From Candidatus Thorarchaeota archaeon (GTDB taxonomy: Archaea; Asgardarchaeota; Thorarchaeia; Thorarchaeales; Thorarchaeaceae): DNA of 41,872 nt. Location: NCBI GenBank assembly GCA_029210805.1, contig JARGGA010000002.1, forward strand, positions 1 to 41,872, in the 5' to 3' direction. The notes beneath the pieces were generated by a model. The model ran no database searches and was not told the origin of the DNA. It saw only the letters and a program-made list of their open reading frames with translations. A program made the translations under genes and the position numbers. This document shows positions 16,376 to 23,920 of this stretch, piece after piece. Every line of letters begins with the position of its first letter. Within the stretch, counting starts at the first letter, position 1.

Positions 16376-18268
16376 TTACTTCTCCTCCTGTTTGATTGCA
16401 CCTTGTGGACAGACGGAAACACACGTTCCACAGAAGTTACAGAGTGTTTCGTCTATTACAGCTTGTTCAGTTTCAGTGTCTTGATACATTGCAGGACAAG
16501 ACAATCGATTAAGACAACGTTTGCAGGAGTTACATACTTCGGTATCAACATAGTACTTTGGAGGGTATTCACCGCTTTTTCGCCGATCAGCGGCTGTAAG
16601 GAGAGCACATGGATCCCTTGATACAAGAACTGCAGGAGATTTATTCTCGCGAGTCCACTTGACCATCTCACGTACTTCCTTAACAAGTCCGGCCATAGAT
16701 TCGAAGGTGGTGATAGTCTTTACATACTTGATACCTAGTCCCTTGGAGACCTCTTCGATATCGAGTGGCGGAACTTCCTCTCGCATACCAGTGATCCCAG
16801 TTCCAGGATGAGGTTGATGGCCAGTCATGGCTGTTGTTCGATTATCAAGAACAACTAGACTTACTGGGTGTTTATTGTAAACGGCATTTACTAAGCCAGG
16901 GAGTGCGGAAGCAAAGAATGTACTATCCCCAACCGATGCCACAATATCTTGACCTGTTACCTGGGCAAGACCACAAGCAGTTGTAATTGATGACCCCATG
17001 TCAAAGAGAATGTCTGCTGTTTCCAGAGGGGGGGATATACTAAGAGTGTAGCATCCAATATCTGAAGGATAAATTGCCTTGCCTCTGGTTGCGGTACGAA
17101 TAGCAAAATATGATGCCCGGTGAGGACAGCCTGCGCATAGTAATGGGGGCCGAGGAGGCATCTCCGGGATTTGTTCAGATTGTTTGTCAATATCCTTCCA
17201 GTTAATACGTGTATTACGATTACTAATCTTGCCTAATGATTCTATTACGATTCGGGGGCTATATTCGCCCACTCGGGAGAAGTACCCTTGTTCTTTTCCA
17301 AGGATTTCTACACTAACTTCATTTAGTTGAGCAAGTCGTCTTGCGTGTGTTTCCAGGAATGGTTCCAGTTCTTCAACAACTACAACACGTTTGTGACGTT
17401 TAAGAAATTCAACCATGCTCTTTTCGGGAACGGGGTGAGTAATTCCAAGTTTGTAAATCTCGGTTTCTAGTTCTAAATGATCAAGTGCCTCAACTACGTA
17501 GTTGTAAGCCACTCCACTAGTAAGTATTCCGAGGTCACCATTGCCTTCAAAGAAATTGAGTGGACTGTTCTCAGCTATTTCTTTTGCTTTCTCAATCTTT
17601 GCTAGTAACTTAGGGTGCATCTTACGAGCAACCGAAGGGATAGGAACAAGTCGAAATGGGTCTTTCTCAAACTCGACAGTTTTCGGTCGTTCCTTGATAA
17701 TATCTAATACAACAGGTGCACGGGTGTGATTTACACGAGTTGTTGTTCTTAGTAGAACAGGAAGTTCTAGTTTTTCCGAGAGTTCAAAGGCATCATGAAC
17801 CATATCCTTTGCCTCAGCAGGATCTGCAGGTTCTACCATTGGCATGTTACCCATAAGTGCATAGTAACGACTATCGTTCTCATTCTGTGAGCTCCACATA
17901 CTCGGATCATCTGCAACCACAATGACCATGCCTGCACGAACTCCTATGTAGGCCAAAGAAAAGAATGGATCAGCTGCAACATTCAATCCAGGACCTTTAC
18001 ATATCATCATGGATCTTACACCAGCAACTGCCGCAGCTCCTGATACTTCAAGGGCTACTTTTTCATTAGTGCTGAATTCAAAGTAAAAGTTAGGAATGTG
18101 AGGTGCCATGAATGTTAGATTGTTTCCAATCTCACTACTCGGGGTGCCAGGATACAGTGCTACAAGTCGAACACCAGCCTCTAACACTCCTCGAGCTATT
18201 GCCTCATTAGCTAGAAGAAGCACTTTCTTCCCAGGAGTGTTTTCAAGTAGATCCTTGGGTTTGGTCAT
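16376..18268 (-). CDS. iorA: Indolepyruvate:ferredoxin oxidoreductase alpha subunit
   Basis: GNEAIARG, YPGTPSSE, a TPP-binding GDSTFFASALPGL, and a C-terminal 2x[4Fe-4S] region (CNSCKRC...CP and CNFCGTCVSVCP). The start is trimmed to the ATG at 18268, with GGAGG 5 nt upstream. The track extension to 18418 runs through the regulatory motifs. Confidence 0.92.
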   Translation of the reverse strand: MTKPKDLLENTPGKKVLLLANEAIARGVLEAGVRLVALYPGTPSSEIGNNLTFMAPHIPNFYFEFSTNEKVALEVSGAAAVAGVRSMMICKGPGLNVAADPFFSLAYIGVRAGMVIVVADDPSMWSSQNENDSRYYALMGNMPMVEPADPAEAKDMVHDAFELSEKLELPVLLRTTTRVNHTRAPVVLDIIKERPKTVEFEKDPFRLVPIPSVARKMHPKLLAKIEKAKEIAENSPLNFFEGNGDLGILTSGVAYNYVVEALDHLELETEIYKLGITHPVPEKSMVEFLKRHKRVVVVEELEPFLETHARRLAQLNEVSVEILGKEQGYFSRVGEYSPRIVIESLGKISNRNTRINWKDIDKQSEQIPEMPPRPPLLCAGCPHRASYFAIRTATRGKAIYPSDIGCYTLSISPPLETADILFDMGSSITTACGLAQVTGQDIVASVGDSTFFASALPGLVNAVYNKHPVSLVVLDNRTTAMTGHQPHPGTGITGMREEVPPLDIEEVSKGLGIKYVKTITTFESMAGLVKEVREMVKWTRENKSPAVLVSRDPCALLTAADRRKSGEYPPKYYVDTEVCNSCKRCLNRLSCPAMYQDTETEQAVIDETLCNFCGTCVSVCPQGAIKQEEK

Positions 18269-18349
18269 TTGGGGGTCCTCCGTTATCCCGTCTTGGACAG
18301 ACTGCCCGGAACTATTACAGTGTATCAATATTGTGGTAATATACATTGT

Positions 18350-18393
18350 TGTATTAATTGTAATACAAGGAAATATGTTGGAACACGTGTTCC
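18350..18393 (-). promoter_or_regulatory. Composite element upstream of iorA: 18-bp motif plus the perfect 14-bp palindrome GGAACACGTGTTCC
   Basis: Motif at 18350-18367 (plus strand TGTATTAATTGTAATACA) and palindrome at 18380-18393. Further half-sites lie at 18311-18349. The reverse complement aligns with 3805-3849 upstream of pan. Confidence 0.65.
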
Positions 18394-18415
18394 AGTTAAT
18401 ATTGCCCAGCCAATA

Positions 18416-18439
18416 CACCCCTCTATTTCCACTGGAGAA
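18416..18439 (-). other. ORB-like origin recognition box with G-string (ORB-a)
   Basis: The reverse complement reads TTCTCCAGTGGAAATAGAGGGGTG. It matches the archaeal ORB core (TCCAGTGGAAA) and the downstream GGGG element. Confidence 0.6.
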
Positions 18440-18557
18440 TGAAAAATGGAGAGATTTGAGGCGGGTATTATAATAATAATGAAAAATACAGATGAATACA
18501 GACCCTTAATTACATATTTATACTTTTGTATTTTTGATCTGTGTGAATCTTAATTAT
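18440..18557. other. AT-rich core (candidate DNA unwinding element) between inverted ORB-like boxes
   Basis: A 118-bp stretch visibly richer in A/T than its flanks (ataataataatgaaaaata..., atatttatacttttgtatttttga...). No credible ORF. Confidence 0.5.
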
Positions 18558-18579
18558 TTCGAGTGGAAACAAGGGGGTT
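18557..18579 (+). other. ORB-like origin recognition box with G-string (ORB-b)
   Basis: Reads TTTCGAGTGGAAACAAGGGGGTT. It is inverted relative to ORB-a, and both G-strings are distal to the AT-rich core. Confidence 0.6.
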
Positions 18580-18590
18580 GCAATGGTCTT

Positions 18591-18604
18591 GGAACACGTG
18601 GTCG
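18591..18604. promoter_or_regulatory. Degenerate copy of the GGAACACGTGTTCC palindrome (GGAACACGTGGTCG)
   Basis: Mirrors the perfect copy at 18380-18393 on the other side of the ORB pair. Confidence 0.5.
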
Positions 18605-18613
18605 CATTTTCCA

Positions 18614-18904
18614 TTATTTTACCTCCGCAGCTACTTCATAGATTCTGAGATCTAAAATATCCGAATACTCGTCGAATAGCATATCGAACACTCCCCGGTG
18701 TTCACCAGGGACCAGAATTGCAGAATCAGCAACTGCTTTGGAACCAAGACACTCCTCGATTAGTCCAACCTTCCGTTTCTCTTTCACACCCGACTTCGTC
18801 TTCCAAGAATACGTAAACCCATAGAGCTCCTTAGTAAAAGAAACCCGTTTTGCATTTGATTGACGTGCCTGCTTACAATCATAGAGATACAGATACTCTG
18901 GCAT
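18614..18904 (-). CDS. Hypothetical small protein (96 aa)
   Basis: Trimmed to the ATG at 18904 (MPEYLYLYDCKQ...), because the track extension to 19081 crosses the divergent promoter region. The beta-alpha start (YLYLYD...AKRVSFTKELYG) vaguely recalls Cas2/VapD-like ferredoxin folds, but I would not assign it. It contains an internal GAACAC-N6-GTGTTC at 18686-18703. Confidence 0.45.
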   Translation of the reverse strand: MPEYLYLYDCKQARQSNAKRVSFTKELYGFTYSWKTKSGVKEKRKVGLIEECLGSKAVADSAILVPGEHRGVFDMLFDEYSDILDLRIYEVAAEVK

Positions 18905-18922
18905 CTTCAAACCCCTATGACT

Positions 18923-18958
18923 AGAACACATGTTCTGAATTTTATTATGTGTAATACA
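18923..18958 (+). promoter_or_regulatory. Composite element in a divergent spacer: AGAACACATGTTCT plus TGTAATACA
   Basis: AGAACA-N2-TGTTCT at 18923-18936, 19 nt from the 18904 start. The 9-mer core lies at 18950-18958, 78 nt upstream of the 19036 start. Confidence 0.55.
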
Positions 18959-19035
18959 ACGTAGTAAAGGAAAGGTTAAAGCGTAGGTATTTTCGCAGAC
19001 CCTTTGCCCACAATCTATACTTTGGAGGAGTTCTG

Positions 19036-20340
19036 GTGAATAAGATTGGTCTACGAAAGGAAGAGAAAGCCTTTGAAACACGAGTAGCTATTGTTCCAGA
19101 ACATGCAGCTCTTCTGCATGAGGAACATGGAATTCAGTTTATTCTTGAGCCGAGTAACGAGCGTGCTTTCCATCCTGACGAGTATGCAGCGGCCTATGCA
19201 GATTATAGTCCTCTCAAAGGGAGTTCTGCTAGCATTATTTTAGGGATTAAGGAAATGCCACTTGAATTCTTTGAACCAAATAAGGTATACATCTTCTTTA
19301 GTCACACAATAAAGTGTCAGGACTACAATATGGACATGCTTAAACACATCATGGAAACCGGTGCAACTCTCATTGACTATGAGAAAGTTGTCGACGCAAA
19401 CGGTCGCCGACTCATCTATTTTGGAAACTGGGCCGGCCTTGCCGGGATGTCTGACACACTTCGCGCACTTGGCGAACGACTCATGTATGAAGGCTTAACT
19501 CCCAATCCATTTGCAGGGATGAAACCAACTTTGGAATTGAAATCACTTTCAGATTTGAAAGATGAATTCAGGGCATTAGGCAAACGAATCGAAGAAGAAG
19601 GACTCCCTAGTAAAATAACGCCATTTGTTGTGGGATTTGCAGGATATGGAAACGTATCACGTGGTGCACAGGAACTATTCGATATTCTTCCACACAAAGC
19701 AATTGAACCCACGCAGCTCGAAAGTATACCTCCTAGTGATAGATCTCTCTACAAATGCGTCTTCAAGGAAGAACACATGGTTGCTCCATTTGATTCTAAT
19801 TCCGTTTTCGAATTGCAGGATTATTACGAGAATGGTGCTGCAAAGTATAAAGGAGACTTTCACAAATACTTGCCATACTTGACGGTTCTGATGAATTGCA
19901 TTTACTGGACTGATAAGTACCCTCGTCTCATTACTAAGGAATTCATCCGCAATCACTGGAACAATGATAATCGTAGGTTTCGAATTGTTGGTGATATCTC
20001 ATGTGATGTAGAGGGGGCAATTGAATTCACTATGAAATGTACGAAACCTGATAAGCCCGCATTTACATATATTATTGAAGAAGATCGTGCAGAGCTGGGT
20101 GTCAATGGGAATGGTCCTGTTGTGATGTCTGTAGACAATCTCCCATGCGAACTACCTCGTGAGGCATCAACCTCATTTAGTGAAACACTCCATAGTTTTG
20201 TTCCTGCATTAGCGAAGGCTGATTTTAGTGTTCCATTTGGAGAACTTGAATTGCCGCGCGAACTCCTTGATGCGATTATTGTATATCAAGGAAATCTAAC
20301 CAAGAACTTCGAATATTTAGAAGACTGTTTACCAAAATAG
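19036..20340 (+). CDS. Lysine-ketoglutarate reductase-like / saccharopine dehydrogenase (L-lysine-forming), AlaDH/PNT-fold
   Basis: The N-terminal IGLRKEEKAFETRVAIVPEH is typical of LKR/Lys1-type enzymes, and the size of about 430 aa fits. GTG start with GGAGG 7 nt upstream. Confidence 0.75.
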   Translation: MNKIGLRKEEKAFETRVAIVPEHAALLHEEHGIQFILEPSNERAFHPDEYAAAYADYSPLKGSSASIILGIKEMPLEFFEPNKVYIFFSHTIKCQDYNMDMLKHIMETGATLIDYEKVVDANGRRLIYFGNWAGLAGMSDTLRALGERLMYEGLTPNPFAGMKPTLELKSLSDLKDEFRALGKRIEEEGLPSKITPFVVGFAGYGNVSRGAQELFDILPHKAIEPTQLESIPPSDRSLYKCVFKEEHMVAPFDSNSVFELQDYYENGAAKYKGDFHKYLPYLTVLMNCIYWTDKYPRLITKEFIRNHWNNDNRRFRIVGDISCDVEGAIEFTMKCTKPDKPAFTYIIEEDRAELGVNGNGPVVMSVDNLPCELPREASTSFSETLHSFVPALAKADFSVPFGELELPRELLDAIIVYQGNLTKNFEYLEDCLPK

Positions 20341-20352
20341 GTGAATCGAAAC

Positions 20353-21669
20353 ATGAAGAAAGTACTCTGTCTGGGTGCAGGTCTTGTTGCCCGCCCCTAT
20401 ATCCAGTATCTATGTAAACATGGATTTCATGTAACTGTAGCTAGCAGAACCAAAGAAAAGGCTGAACGTTTAATCCAAGGCTGTGATAATGCAACAGCTG
20501 TTGCATTCAATATTGCTAAGGATGACGAGCTTCTTGATAACCTAACATCCAAGGCCGACCTAATCTGTTCCCTTCTGCCTTACACCTTTCATGTAAAAGC
20601 TGCCAAAGTGGCCATTCAGCATAAGAAACACTTCTGCACAACATCGTATATCTCTCCAGAGATGCAAGCACTTGATGATAACGCAAAGAATGCCGGAGTC
20701 CTCATTCTGAACGAATGCGGTGTTGATCCAGGCATTGATCATATGAGCGCAATGAAGATAATTGATAAAATTCACAATGGAGGAGGTAAAGTTGCAAGCT
20801 TCACTTCGTTCACCGGAGGGCTACCAGCACCTGATGCTAACAATAACCCCTTTGGTTACAAACTTTCTTGGAGTCCAAGAGGTGTACTGCTTGCTGGCAG
20901 GAATGACGCACAATTCCTGAAAGATGGCAAAGAAGTTACTATACCCGGTAAAGACCTCTTTGATAATTATGAAATAATGGAGGTTCCGGGCATGGGTCAA
21001 TTCGAAGGCTATCCCAACCGTGACAGTCTTTCATATATCGACATATACAGCATCTCCGAAACAAAGACAATGCTACGTGGAACGTTTCGCAATCTAGGTT
21101 GGTGTGCAACTCTGAAGAAGATTGCCGATTTGGGTCTTCTGGATATAGAAGAACGAGATTTTGCTAATGTTAGCTATGCAGAAATGACAAAACAGTTAGC
21201 TTTGTCTGATGAAAGTGATGTAGCGATAGCGGTAGCAAAGCGACTGGGTCTTGAAAAGAGTGATCCAATTATTAATCGTTTCGAGTGGCTAGGTCTATTT
21301 GATAACAACCCAATTCCCGACGGCATCAATACATATTTGGATGCATTATGTCATCTATTCGAAGGAAAGCTTCAGTACGCTCCCGGAGAACGAGATATGA
21401 TTGTTATGCATCATGACTTCATTGCAGAATATGCCAATCGTCGAGAACGAATCACCTCAACCCTGATTGACTATGGCATTCCTAATGGTGACAGTTCAAT
21501 GTCTCGTACTGTTGCACTCCCAGTAGCAATCGCAAGTCGATTAATCCTAGAAGAGAAAATGGACGTGATAGGCGTACATCGACCAATCATACCTGAAATC
21601 TACGATCTAATCTTGGAAGAGCTTGAAACTCTCGATATTAGTCTGGAAGAGAATACGACTCTACTATGA
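20353..21669 (+). CDS. Saccharopine dehydrogenase (L-glutamate-forming, Lys9/SDH-type)
   Basis: Rossmann KKVLCLGAGLVARP, GVDPGIDHM and FGYKLSWSPRGVLLAG. The ATG at 20353 is preferred. A GTG at 20341 directly abuts the upstream stop. Confidence 0.85.
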   Translation: MKKVLCLGAGLVARPYIQYLCKHGFHVTVASRTKEKAERLIQGCDNATAVAFNIAKDDELLDNLTSKADLICSLLPYTFHVKAAKVAIQHKKHFCTTSYISPEMQALDDNAKNAGVLILNECGVDPGIDHMSAMKIIDKIHNGGGKVASFTSFTGGLPAPDANNNPFGYKLSWSPRGVLLAGRNDAQFLKDGKEVTIPGKDLFDNYEIMEVPGMGQFEGYPNRDSLSYIDIYSISETKTMLRGTFRNLGWCATLKKIADLGLLDIEERDFANVSYAEMTKQLALSDESDVAIAVAKRLGLEKSDPIINRFEWLGLFDNNPIPDGINTYLDALCHLFEGKLQYAPGERDMIVMHHDFIAEYANRRERITSTLIDYGIPNGDSSMSRTVALPVAIASRLILEEKMDVIGVHRPIIPEIYDLILEELETLDISLEENTTLL

Positions 21670-21724
21670 AAACAGGATGAGGGCATTTGACTGCCAAGGT
21701 ACTTGGTTCTCAAGCCCCATTCGG

Positions 21725-22357
21725 TTATTTTCCAATTCGAATTTGAACAGCAGCGAGTATTACTTCAGCTCGCTCTATCTCCTTTTGAACTTCATCGCTT
21801 TCCGTCTTTAGACGATAAGTATACCCTGACCTATTGCCAATCCGTTCCAAGTGGCCTTTTCCACTATTCCACATTCGAGCGAGGTATGTCGAAGCCGTAC
21901 TCTTGGGCAAATCTTCCTCCCCGAACGTATCCTTGTAAATTTCTGTCACGTCCATAGAGGAGAACTTACCATGTTTGAATGAAGCATAGATAATCATCTG
22001 GAGTTTCTCATAATTGCTCATTGACTCGTAATCGGTGTCCCTTAGGTCCTGTTCGACAAGATCGGCTTCACCAACCACGAAAGTATACCCAGTACTCGCC
22101 TCTAAAAAGACCCTAAATTTCTCAAACATCTCCTCAAGTCCACTACCCTTGACCTGGAAACTCGATTCCTCACCTGTGGATTCATCAGAAATATCAATTC
22201 TAAAATCGAATGGTGATGGTGCTAGTGCCAGCATTTTCTGAAAACGTTTGAGTGCTTCATCAGGTTGCACAAACTTACACTGGAAAATCTCCTTGGTTCC
22301 AGGAGCCGCATTGTATGTGAAGACGTACAAATAATTCGTTCTTTCATTTCCAGGCAA
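21725..22357 (-). CDS. Hypothetical protein with a C-terminal winged-helix-like domain
   Basis: STASTYLARMWNSGKGHLERIGNRSGYTYRL fits a wHTH recognition helix plus wing. TTG start with GGTGAG 6 nt upstream. Confidence 0.55.
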   Translation of the reverse strand: MPGNERTNYLYVFTYNAAPGTKEIFQCKFVQPDEALKRFQKMLALAPSPFDFRIDISDESTGEESSFQVKGSGLEEMFEKFRVFLEASTGYTFVVGEADLVEQDLRDTDYESMSNYEKLQMIIYASFKHGKFSSMDVTEIYKDTFGEEDLPKSTASTYLARMWNSGKGHLERIGNRSGYTYRLKTESDEVQKEIERAEVILAAVQIRIGK

Positions 22358-22407
22358 CTAGCTCTCACCATTTAGATTTTTTATCATAGGATACAACACT
22401 AATCTTG

Positions 22408-22822
22408 TTCACAATAATCTTTGTTCACACTTCAAATAAGTGTGAGTATGTGAATCATGTATATCCGGGTAAGTGGAAGATAATCCCTACATAGCTATTC
22501 AAGACTCATATCAGCTGTACATCATGTGTTCGCACCTTGTACGGAAGATATCGTCAAAAATAAGGTCTATGGGCGCTTATTTTTCAAATTAAAACCATTT
22601 TTCCTTTTACTTCAATATTCACTAAACTATGACGATTGTGAATGAATAATTTAAGATATCATAACTCTAATTGCTTGGTTCCAGTGGAAACGGAGGGGTG
22701 GCTTTATTCACAATGCTTATCGGGATTATGCTGGCTTCTTTTACATATTAGAGGTATTCTTTCAACTCTTTTTGTATGTTCATTCACAATAATGGCGCCA
22801 TTCACAACATTTCACTGTGAAT
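22408..22822. repeat. Cluster of about 10 TTCACAA/TTGTGAA repeats (iteron-like) in a 490-bp spacer
   Basis: Copies start at 22408, 22424, 22449(-), 22617, 22635(-), 22706, 22782 and 22800, with the palindrome TTCACTGTGAA at 22811-22821. Two bipartite units TTCACAATAAT-N5-TTCACA lie at 22408-22430 and 22783-22807. Confidence 0.7.
22679..22698 (+). other. ORB-like origin recognition box with G-string (ORB-c)
   Basis: Reads TTCCAGTGGAAACGGAGGGG, the best match of the three to the canonical ORB core. An AT-rich stretch lies immediately to its left (about 22575-22675). Confidence 0.55.
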
Positions 22823-22847
22823 CCTGTTAATTCGTTTTCATCTAGAA

Positions 22848-23852
22848 TTATGTAGAACATGGCAACAAGTAATCTGTACTGCTTTCTCCTAAAATAAGTT
22901 GTAGCCAGCTTCGTCCATCACGATGGTTTACTCTCTCGAGTGTCCCTCTTGTTTTTACGCACATCCCTTTGCCTACATGTTCAGTATACCGTCCTCGATA
23001 ACTTACCAGACTCACAAGATCAGGAACTCCCCGGCATTCAACTTGGTATTCACAGGGTGTGAATATTGCTTGTGAATCATCCAATATATCGCATGTTAGA
23101 ACACGTGTTCCCAGAGATTCGAATGAAAGGTCCTCATACACGAATTCCATTTCATCTGAAGTCTTTACTATTCGAATGAAAAATTCCTTATTATCGAAAA
23201 TTCCTTGAAGCAACTTGTTACTTTCAATTGAGCTGAGCGTTTTCAGATGCTGATTATTGAGCCCCCATCTAAACTGTGTATGTTGTAGTAAATGCTTCCC
23301 CGTGTACCGTTCCAACCCCGCAATCGTTTCATCGTTTTTTTTCAGACCTTGATGCAGTGTTCTACCAGCTTTTTCACCGTATACTACTAAATCAATATCA
23401 GAGCTCTCTGTTGCAAGACCAACAAGCTGTGATCCGGTAACACCAATTGCATTCCATGGAATCCCAAACGCATCAACTAACGACTCGGCCAATTCAAGGG
23501 TTGCACGTTGTAAATCACTTAGATGTCTACCCCGATCCCTAATCCTACCAAGCGCATCGATGGGACTTAGTACGAAATCTATTGAATCGAATGGTATTAC
23601 TTGTAATACACGATTATGTCTATCGTCAAACCTGAGATAGTGAGGGTAGTTCTCTCTAAGGTAGACTTCTCGGTCCTTCAATGGGTAGATCTTTTTGTAT
23701 GCTACACCGTCTTCCGAATTTCTATCCCCAGATGTATCAAATACATACCGAAGATACGCTATGTATTGATATTCTGGATGTAAATTACCTTTAATCTCAA
23801 AAATCAAACCTTCGTTTGTTATGAGGAAGTAGCCTTCGATTGGATTATCCAT
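22848..23852 (-). CDS. Pol-beta-superfamily nucleotidyltransferase (archaeal predicted NTase with a C-terminal beta-rich domain)
   Basis: Carries the NTase signature GVTGSQLVGLATESSDIDLVVYG. The start is trimmed to the ATG at 23852 (MDNPIEGYF). Confidence 0.65.
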   Translation of the reverse strand: MDNPIEGYFLITNEGLIFEIKGNLHPEYQYIAYLRYVFDTSGDRNSEDGVAYKKIYPLKDREVYLRENYPHYLRFDDRHNRVLQVIPFDSIDFVLSPIDALGRIRDRGRHLSDLQRATLELAESLVDAFGIPWNAIGVTGSQLVGLATESSDIDLVVYGEKAGRTLHQGLKKNDETIAGLERYTGKHLLQHTQFRWGLNNQHLKTLSSIESNKLLQGIFDNKEFFIRIVKTSDEMEFVYEDLSFESLGTRVLTCDILDDSQAIFTPCEYQVECRGVPDLVSLVSYRGRYTEHVGKGMCVKTRGTLERVNHRDGRSWLQLILGESSTDYLLPCST

Positions 23853-23920
23853 TAAGATTATTTTGTACACCATCACAATTAAAGGCCGTTGTTTACTTCT
23901 CAAAGTCCGTAGTGAAGACT

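Noticed and set aside
18380-18393. Assigning GGAACACGTGTTCC to NrpR (GGAA-N6-TTCC) or to a ParB/parS-type site
   Set aside because: The resemblance rests on four to six bases only. The arm order is swapped relative to parS, and no nrpR or parB gene is visible in the window.
18269-18418. N-terminal 50-codon extension of iorA in the ORF track
   Set aside because: The extension has no similarity to IorA and runs through the 18-mer motif and the GGAACACGTGTTCC palindrome. The conserved protein begins at the ATG at 18268, which has a GGAGG box.
18905-19081. N-terminal 59-codon extension of the 18614 ORF, overlapping the LKR gene start
   Set aside because: It covers the divergent promoter region and both motifs. 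The internal ATG at 18904 gives a compact 96-aa protein.
22642-22830. 62-aa ORF inside the TTCACAA/ORB spacer
   Set aside because: It is Cys- and Leu-rich and built from the repeats themselves, with no ribosome-binding signal. I treat it as non-coding.
23594-23610. GTATTAC-TT-GTAATACA palindrome and AGAACACGTGTTCC (23098-23111) inside the NTase CDS as regulatory sites
   Set aside because: Both are fully within a well-supported ORF (codons RVLQVIPF and LGTRVLTC). Their co-occurrence in one gene is odd and is noted under the motif findings, but I cannot call them functional from sequence alone.
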